A stretch of DNA of 45,644 nucleotides, from assembly GCA_039024555.1 (NCBI GenBank), contig JBCCQQ010000051.1, forward strand, positions 1 to 45,644, given 5' to 3'. Both the position numbers and the translations under genes were made by a program. Origin of the DNA: Cyanobacteria bacterium P01_D01_bin.156 (GTDB taxonomy: Bacteria > Cyanobacteriota > Cyanobacteriia > Phormidesmidales > Phormidesmidaceae). The notes below the pieces were generated by a model, which saw only the letters and a program-made list of their open reading frames with translations, searched no databases and was not told the DNA's origin. Below are positions 39,115 to 45,644 of the stretch, piece after piece. How positions within the stretch are numbered: position 1 is the first letter of the stretch; the number at the start of each line of letters is the position of its first letter.

Positions 39115-40557
39115 TTATTTTGCTATGTAGCGCCAATGCCAGGGTTCTTTCTCTCCGGCTGGATTGCCCCGCGGGTAAGATAGCTCAAAGCCATAGTTCT
39201 TGGCATAGCGTTTTAACCAACGGTAGCCATCAGTACGCTCAAAGCTAACATCCCAGTCAGTACTCTCGTCCGCATTCTTGTCACCAATGGCAACGGCATA
39301 ACCGCTGTGATAATCACTTTGTTGCAGCCACTGTCTAATATTGATACCAGTATTTGTTCTCTGTTGTAGCTGTCGTCGCTGTTCTGCTAAAGAGAGATAT
39401 CCATTTAAGGGCAATAGCTCTACACCTTCAGCCTCCGCTGCTGCCACCATGGCCCAAAATGCATTCACTGTTTCAGGCTTGGCCTGAATGCTGCCATCAT
39501 CTAAGAGATCGACTAAAGTGTCTGGTTTGGCTGCTTCGTACTGTTGGGGGCTGGGTTTAACCGTATCCCAGCGTCTGCTTAGGGTATAGGCCGTCCACTG
39601 GTATCCCCTTACCCCAAAGCCCAACATCATCAACACGAGGGTAATCAATCCAATTACCTTCAGAAGTAGCTTGGGTGGAATCAGTTTGGCTGGTGCTGTA
39701 GACGCTGTTGGAACTGGTTGTGAATCTTCGATTAGGCCTTTGGCGGCAACATGGGTGGGGAGTTTGCTATCTTGCCCAACCTTGATGCCCGTTATCGTGC
39801 GTTCTAATTCTTTGACGGCATCTGCTGCTGTTGGAAATCGCTTTTTAGGATTGGGGTCGATCAGGTGTTTAATAAATCTCTCTAGGGCTGGGTTAATGGT
39901 TTTGTCTGACCATCGCACCTGTTGAGTCAAGGGATTAATAGGGAGTTGTTTGGGATGGAGATCAGTGAGGGCTGCGATCGCAACCATACCCACTGCATAG
40001 AGGTCGCTGGCATAATAATGCTTTCCCCGTAATTGTTCGGGAGCCATGTAGCCAGTTTGGGTGGCTAGGGGCTGCTCCTGTTGACTATGGCTGATATCTT
40101 TTACCGCACCAAAGTTGATCACAACAATATTGCCATTACGTTGACGGATAAGGTTAGTCGGTTGAATATTCCGATGAATGACTCGCTGTCTATGAACAAA
40201 TGCCAGAATATTTAAAGTATCTGTTAGTAACTTGAGCACATAGCCCTCATCCAGACATTTTTTTTCCCGAATTTCCTGAGATAGGTCGTGACCCTCTATC
40301 AGCTCTTGAGCAATATAAAATTTGTCGTCATCCTCAAAAGAAGCGATGAGTTTAGGAATGTGGGAATGTTTCCCTAAAATATCCATTACTCTGGCCTCTT
40401 GGCGAAATTTATCTAAAACCTGAGGGCCGTAGCAGTTGAGCTCCATAAGCAGGCAGGGAGTTGGCTGAGGAGCATGCTGATCGATAGCACGATACGTAAT
40501 CCCATAATTTCCCTGATCTAGGATGTTGAGAATTTCAAAACGGTTTGCCAGTTCCAT
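39115..40557 (-). CDS. Ser/Thr (pseudo)kinase - TM - VanY/M15 D,D-carboxypeptidase-like (pseudo)peptidase fusion
   Basis: Kinase fold (HRNIQPTN, NFG, GYMAPEQ, SDLYAVG); TM helix; M15B-like C-terminus (WLKRYAKNYGF, EPWHWRY). Confidence 0.85.
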   Translation of the reverse strand: MELANRFEILNILDQGNYGITYRAIDQHAPQPTPCLLMELNCYGPQVLDKFRQEARVMDILGKHSHIPKLIASFEDDDKFYIAQELIEGHDLSQEIREKKCLDEGYVLKLLTDTLNILAFVHRQRVIHRNIQPTNLIRQRNGNIVVINFGAVKDISHSQQEQPLATQTGYMAPEQLRGKHYYASDLYAVGMVAIAALTDLHPKQLPINPLTQQVRWSDKTINPALERFIKHLIDPNPKKRFPTAADAVKELERTITGIKVGQDSKLPTHVAAKGLIEDSQPVPTASTAPAKLIPPKLLLKVIGLITLVLMMLGFGVRGYQWTAYTLSRRWDTVKPSPQQYEAAKPDTLVDLLDDGSIQAKPETVNAFWAMVAAAEAEGVELLPLNGYLSLAEQRRQLQQRTNTGINIRQWLQQSDYHSGYAVAIGDKNADESTDWDVSFERTDGYRWLKRYAKNYGFELSYPRGNPAGEKEPWHWRYIAK

Positions 40558-40758
40558 GGGGTTAGGTATCTATGGGCAAGGGCTCAAGGCTCGTCAGTCA
40601 AAGGCCGCTCATTTTCTGATTCCATTGTCTTGTGAAGATTTGCCCAGCCCTCGAACCTACAGCATTCTTTAATGGGATGTTTGTCAGACAGGCTGTTAGC
40701 TCATGTTTCTGATGTGACGGGGGTTAAGCTAAAGATTGGTGTTTATGATCCATGGTCC

Positions 40759-41694
40759 ATGGTAAGTCGCTGTCAGCTGCTATTTTCCTTAACCTGTGCT
40801 GCCGTGGTGGGTAACGGCATAATGAGCCAGGCTGTACAGGCACGTCCGACCATTGTGTGCAGCTATGATCCGAGTACTGGAGCGCCTAATCCTCTCGGGA
40901 TGCGGGCATTTATCACCATGACGGAGACTAACGGTACAACAGAAGTCACCTATGAGCGATTAGGTGCATTTGTGCCTGGTCCTGCAGAAGCGATCCTCAC
41001 TACGGAACGCTCCTTAGTTTTTCCAGGTAAGGCCATTGATCAAACGCGTCAATTGCTCTTGGACAATGTTTCCTACTATCGAGAACTCGTAGGATTTAAC
41101 GATCCTGACGGCTTTGCACCCGTCAATAGTACATTGATCTGTCGAGCTGGGGCACCACCCTCTGTGCCCCGCCCATCAACGGAGCTACCAGACTTACAGC
41201 CCGCCCGCGAAGAGTTACCCGATTTGGGTACTCCTAGTACATCGAATAGACCAACCAATACGGCCGATTCTGCTCCTGCAACATTTTATGGAACCATTGC
41301 TGGCTTAGCTGATGGCAATTATCGGTATGTCTCTGGGCCTGCTGCTGAGCGGGCATATTCTGAACAAGCATTGCTCAGACGTGGTGGTGTGCTCTTTAAT
41401 TTTCGAAAAACTGGAGATCAAGTGATGGGTTTCTACAGTTACATTGATGGTGACTCCATCTGCGTCGAAGGTCGAGTCACTGGCAATACCATCACGGGTC
41501 AGGCATACCCTAGGAATGGCGTTACTCAAACTTTAGGAGAGGACTTTGCCTTCTGGGGACCAGCATCCTTTTTACGAGTTCGCCGTAGCCAGGGAGAAGG
41601 CGGCCAGCGTTATTACAGCAGCGCTATTCTAGAACTCAGTGACTTTTCCAGAATTAATGCTGGCTCATCGTTGCCCCCTAGTAGCTGTCAGTAA
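40759..41694 (+). CDS. Secreted two-domain hypothetical protein with a Pro/Thr linker (ORF track start 40672)
   Basis: Signal peptide ending AVQA; Cys pair in each domain; PST-rich linker; LADGNYRY motif. Confidence 0.7.
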   Translation: MVSRCQLLFSLTCAAVVGNGIMSQAVQARPTIVCSYDPSTGAPNPLGMRAFITMTETNGTTEVTYERLGAFVPGPAEAILTTERSLVFPGKAIDQTRQLLLDNVSYYRELVGFNDPDGFAPVNSTLICRAGAPPSVPRPSTELPDLQPAREELPDLGTPSTSNRPTNTADSAPATFYGTIAGLADGNYRYVSGPAAERAYSEQALLRRGGVLFNFRKTGDQVMGFYSYIDGDSICVEGRVTGNTITGQAYPRNGVTQTLGEDFAFWGPASFLRVRRSQGEGGQRYYSSAILELSDFSRINAGSSLPPSSCQ

Positions 41695-41701
41695 ATCTCT
41701 C

Positions 41702-42553
41702 TTAAGCGTTTGGGTGGTTGTCCTGTGAGACGTCCTTGATTAACTGATCTAAGTTGGTTTGCATATGCGCAACAACTTGGTCATAGCATTGTTGTACATA
41801 GTGTTTGTCGTTAGCAGCTTGGCGTCCGCTTTGTTCAAACGTAATTGGTGAACAAACACGGGTGTGGATTTGCTGAGGCCAGGGTATGTGGGGAATGGGA
41901 CCGATGGCCAAGCCCCATGGTAAGCCTAGATAGATTGGAAAGACTTCTGGATCGATACCTAAAACCCAGGGTAAAAGACCCTGTTGATTGAGCCATTTAG
42001 CCTGGTCGTAACAATTGTCTAGCACGATAAAGGTATCGTGGGCACCGAGGGAGACAACAGGGATAATGGGCACATTTTCTCGCAGGGCGAGCTTAATAAA
42101 GCCAGTGCGGCCCATCAGCTGAATTTGGTGGCGCTGTCGGTGGGGGCGAAACACATCTTGGGCACCACCGGGAAAAACCAGAACATCCGCGCCTTTCTGT
42201 AGGGCTGCGATCGCAAACTTAGGGTGTGCCGGTATTGCCCCACACTGGGCTGCCAGCTCTGCTAAACCTGGGTTCACCTGCCAAATTTTGGCATGCATTA
42301 AACCATACATGTCCCGGTCATAGCCAAACCGCCGAAACCAGTCCACCATCAGCATGACTAGATCAGGCGCTGCCAGACCTCCATTGTGGGACGCCACAAA
42401 TAATGTCTGCTGTTTAGGAATGTGGTGCCAACCATCGGTGCTTGTCCTAAAGTAATGCTCATAGAACCATTCCCATTTAGGTAGCAGTGCCGCAATGACC
42501 TTAGGGTCCCGTTTTGCCAGAGCGACTTCAACACTAGATTGGCGATTGGGCAT
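41702..42553 (-). CDS. Lysophospholipid/glycerol acyltransferase family protein
   Basis: VASHNGGLAAPD, VLVFPGG, RTGFIKLAL, PIIPVV...G. Confidence 0.88.
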   Translation of the reverse strand: MPNRQSSVEVALAKRDPKVIAALLPKWEWFYEHYFRTSTDGWHHIPKQQTLFVASHNGGLAAPDLVMLMVDWFRRFGYDRDMYGLMHAKIWQVNPGLAELAAQCGAIPAHPKFAIAALQKGADVLVFPGGAQDVFRPHRQRHQIQLMGRTGFIKLALRENVPIIPVVSLGAHDTFIVLDNCYDQAKWLNQQGLLPWVLGIDPEVFPIYLGLPWGLAIGPIPHIPWPQQIHTRVCSPITFEQSGRQAANDKHYVQQCYDQVVAHMQTNLDQLIKDVSQDNHPNA

Positions 42554-42714
42554 AAATGACTTTAAAGCGCTTGAGGACGTGTGTATCTGAACTAAACTAC
42601 CGATTCATCAATCGCTAATTGTGTAGATGACCATACTATCTAGAGAAAAGTCCTGAATTAGAAAAACTGGTTTGGATAATGAAGCACTCTAACCTATTGA
42701 GTACCTGTAGACAC

Positions 42715-42742
42715 AAAAAGGGCTCCCACCGAAGTAAGAGCC
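42715..42742 (-). terminator. Rho-independent terminator with a UUCG tetraloop (end of a candidate sRNA)
   Basis: Minus strand GGCTCTTAC-TTCG-GTGGGAGCC-CTTTTT; two G-U pairs form only on the minus strand. Confidence 0.7.
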
Positions 42743-42984
42743 GCAGTAAGCGTTATTCCTTAATATTTGTATTGTGCCAATTAAGCATGCTCAAAGTTGT
42801 GACGATGATCATGCCTTAGCCGTGTTTATGTTCATATCGCTGCACAAGATTATCCAGTACCTCTGCAAGACAAGCGATTTACCCTCAGCCTTTTGAAGGC
42901 TATCTGCGCTGTAAAAGATTTACCATGGAGGGGCAGGTCCTGTGAACCTGGTCTTGCCCCCTCATAAAAAAGTCATCTATATCC

Positions 42985-43293
42985 ATGCAATTGCTAAACC
43001 GTTTGTTAGGTCGCAATCCTGATTCAGTAAAGGCAGCTGTCGAAATCTACACATGGCAGACTTGCCCCTACTGCATTCGTGCCAAGCTACTGCTTTGGTG
43101 GAAAGGGGTCAACTTTACTGAGTACAAAATTGACGGAGACGAAGCTGCCCGCGCCAAAATGGCGGAACGGTCCAACCAGCGTCGTAGCGTGCCCCAGATC
43201 TTTATCGATGACCGTCACGTTGGTGGTTGTGATGACCTGTATGCCCTCGATAGCAAGGGCCAGCTTGATCCCCTTTTAACCCAGACTGTATAG
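42985..43293 (+). CDS. grxC: Glutaredoxin 3
   Basis: CPYC active site, SVPQIFI, GGCDDL. Confidence 0.95.
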   Translation: MQLLNRLLGRNPDSVKAAVEIYTWQTCPYCIRAKLLLWWKGVNFTEYKIDGDEAARAKMAERSNQRRSVPQIFIDDRHVGGCDDLYALDSKGQLDPLLTQTV

Positions 43294-43341
43294 GCTGGGT
43301 ACAGCCCACTATCGAGATGAAATCCTTGTAAGGTCCATAAA

Positions 43342-44208
43342 TTGGCAAATTTTCGTATCGGTTGTGCTGTCTGGGCTTATAAAGAATGGCTCGGAGATTT
43401 TTACCCACAGGGCAGTCGCGCCACTGACTTTTTACGACTCTACGGTGAGCGTATGACCTGCGTAGAGGGAAACACCACGTTTTATTCCATTCCCTCAGCG
43501 GACATGGTGCAGCGTTGGGCTGAAAAGACACCAGCAGATTTTCGTTTCTGTCCAAAACTGCCCCGCACAGTTACCCACGAAGGGACGCTGATGCCGCAGT
43601 TAGCGAGTGCGCTGGATTTTCTCAAGTTAATGCAGGGGCTGGGGCCAAGGCTGGGGCCTATTTTTGCTCAGCTGCCGCCTCGATATAGTCCAGCTGCTTT
43701 TGCAGATTTAGAACAGTTTGTGACCTGCTGGCCTCACGAGCAAAAGCCTGTAGCAGTGGAAGTACGTCATTTAGATTGGTTTAAGCCACCTTATTCAGGA
43801 CGGCTCGATGCTTTGTTATGTCATTTTGGGGTGGGTCGAGTGTTGTTGGATACTCGGCCAATTTATACCTGGAGTAATCCTGTTGAGGACCCACAGCTGC
43901 GATCTGAGCGTAAAAAGCCGCGAGTGCCATTGCTACCAACTGCGACGGCTTCTTTTGTACTGGTTCGTTACATTAGTCATCCTAAGCTGGATCGAAATCG
44001 TGATTTTTTGGCTGAGTGGGTTGACTATGTGGGTAATTGGCTGGCGCAGGGGGTGTCAGTCTATTTTTTCGTTCATTGCCCTGAAGAGGCTCAGTCTCCT
44101 GCTATTGCTCGTTATTTTCAAGAACAGTTAGAAAAAGCGGGCATCAATGTACCTCCCTTACCCTGGTCTTTAATCCAAGCTCCACCCCAACAGTTGGGTT
44201 TATTTTGA
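43342..44208 (+). CDS. DUF72 (YecE-like) protein
   Basis: RIGCAVW, VEGNTTFY, FRFCPKLPR-VTH, QLPP, AVEVRH; TTG start. Confidence 0.9.
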   Translation: MANFRIGCAVWAYKEWLGDFYPQGSRATDFLRLYGERMTCVEGNTTFYSIPSADMVQRWAEKTPADFRFCPKLPRTVTHEGTLMPQLASALDFLKLMQGLGPRLGPIFAQLPPRYSPAAFADLEQFVTCWPHEQKPVAVEVRHLDWFKPPYSGRLDALLCHFGVGRVLLDTRPIYTWSNPVEDPQLRSERKKPRVPLLPTATASFVLVRYISHPKLDRNRDFLAEWVDYVGNWLAQGVSVYFFVHCPEEAQSPAIARYFQEQLEKAGINVPPLPWSLIQAPPQQLGLF

Positions 44209-44425
44209 AAAACTGTTGTTAGAAGATATTAGATGCCAAAGTTAGGATGCTAATTTCTTCAGTAGAGACATCATAAACACTTTGACCATAATCAAAGCTC
44301 ACTATAACAATGTAATGGAGAGAAAGAGTTATCTTAACTGATAAAAATGTTCTTATAGCCTTGTCAAAGACTCCTTTCTCTCTCACAATCACAATTATTC
44401 AGTGTTCTATCGAATAATTCCATTG

Positions 44426-45507
44426 ATGGCAAAGTCAACTGCACGTACAAAATCTAATACTGATCGGCTTCAATCTTTTTCCCTGTGGGGTATTGTGGCT
44501 GGCAGTATTGTGCTCAGTTTTGCTAGTCTGTGGTTTCTTTTGATGGTACTGCCCCACAGGCAGGTTCCTAATACTGTCACTGAAGCTCAAAAGCGTCGTG
44601 CGGATCTCATAAATAGCAATCGAGAAAATGTATTTAAGGGAGTACAAGCATTAGCAGGTCTGGGCTTTGTCCTAACAGCCTATCTGGCATGGCGTAATTC
44701 TCAACTAGTGGAGGATAAAAATGTTGCCGAGCGCTTTACTAAAGCGGTGGAAATGCTTGCTGATGATAGTAAGCTTGCCGTTAGGCTAGTGGAGCGTCAA
44801 AGCTAAAAATTAGGATTGACCCAGTTATTCAGTGAGTCGTGAATCGCATTCTTGATAAGGTCTAGCGGTAGTAAAGGCGATTCTCATCGATCCCAAATCT
44901 CAGTCTTGACGCTCCACTAGGAGGGATTTATGCCTTAGAACGTATTGCTAGGGACTCTACAAAAGATCATCCCGTGGTTATGGAAGTCTTAACAGCCTTT
45001 ATTCGTGAAAAGACTAAGATTGGATTCTCTGATCAGCCTGTACACCCGCGTGATGATGTGCAAAGTGCACTGATAGTTATTCTGCGCCGAGTATATAAAT
45101 ATGATCAACAAGAACTTGATCTGAATAGTTGTTATCTCCAAGGTGCCAATCTGGAAAAAGCTCAACTAGAGCATGTCGATTTATCTCTAGCAAATCTGAA
45201 AGATGCGATTCTAGTGGAAGCAAACCTGAAGGATGCGAATTTAGGTACATCTCAACTAGAGCATGTCCTTCTCAGCAACGCCTGTTTAGAGAAAGCGCGA
45301 TTATATAGAGCTGATCTAAAGCGTGCAGATCTGAGTGAGGCTAATTTGGATCAAGCAAATTTGACTGGTGCCGATTTAAGGGATGCGAATTTAATTGGTG
45401 CGTCTCTTAATTCTGTAAATTTGACTGAAGCACATCTAGAGAGAGCAAATTTGACTGGTGCGAACTTAGAAAATGCAGATTTGATGGGCGCGAATCTAAA
45501 AAATTAG
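44426..45507 (+). pseudogene. Membrane-anchored pentapeptide-repeat protein gene interrupted by a MITE
   Basis: Removing 131 bp (44790-44920) joins ...ERFTKAVEML...AVRL to GGIYALERIARDS...VMEVLTAFIRE and A(N/D)L pentapeptide repeats, giving a 316-aa ORF. Confidence 0.9.
44786..44920. mobile_element. MITE (non-autonomous miniature IS), 131 bp net insertion
   Basis: Perfect 15-bp inverted ends CTAGTGGAGCGTCAA / TTGACGCTCCACTAG, extending imperfectly to ~34 bp; CTAG (or TA) target duplicated; no coding capacity. Confidence 0.92.
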
Positions 45508-45644
45508 GAGTTACGCATTGACAAAAGCCCATCACTAGTATCAAGCAAAGGTGGCTTCTGTGGCATGGTCCAGAATAAACTGACGGATGACGGGTACAAA
45601 TAACTGTCTCGATATCTCGTAACAGTTTCCAATCACTCCTTGAA

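Noticed and set aside
45535..45644. Possible IS end after the pentapeptide gene (CTAG...; TGGCATGGTCCAGAATAAACTGACGG)
   Set aside because: No partner inverted repeat or transposase within the window; truncated by the window edge

Overview
Core-genome-like stretch of a cyanobacterial chromosome. Evidence: frequent HIP1 octamers GCGATCGC (e.g. 4936, 6322, 6577, 8572, 9620, 12766, 13184, 13243), a CP12-like gene, glgA, and PEP-CTERM and pentapeptide-repeat proteins. A filamentous Leptolyngbya-like origin is my inference only. Housekeeping genes: argS, glgA, hemC, sufE, a RemA/DUF370 protein, NFACT/RqcH, dusA, acylphosphatase and grxC. These are interspersed with accessory and unknown genes. No rRNA, tRNA, CRISPR array or transposase was seen. 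Most notable: (1) a 48-aa double-glycine-type peptide precursor with a two-Cys aromatic/cationic core, whose structured 5' leader is duplicated downstream, next to a clan CD (caspase/legumain-like) protease; (2) a membrane-spanning fusion in which both the Ser/Thr kinase domain and the VanY-like D,D-peptidase domain have lost catalytic residues; (3) a 131-bp MITE that splits a pentapeptide-repeat gene, with the frame restored on removal; (4) a tandem pair of tail-anchored paralogs of an unrecognised family; (5) a CP12 lacking both canonical disulfides; (6) a MacA/MacB-permease/TolC operon with no ATPase; (7) two orphan terminators suggesting sRNAs. All family assignments come from motif recognition by eye; no database searches were run.
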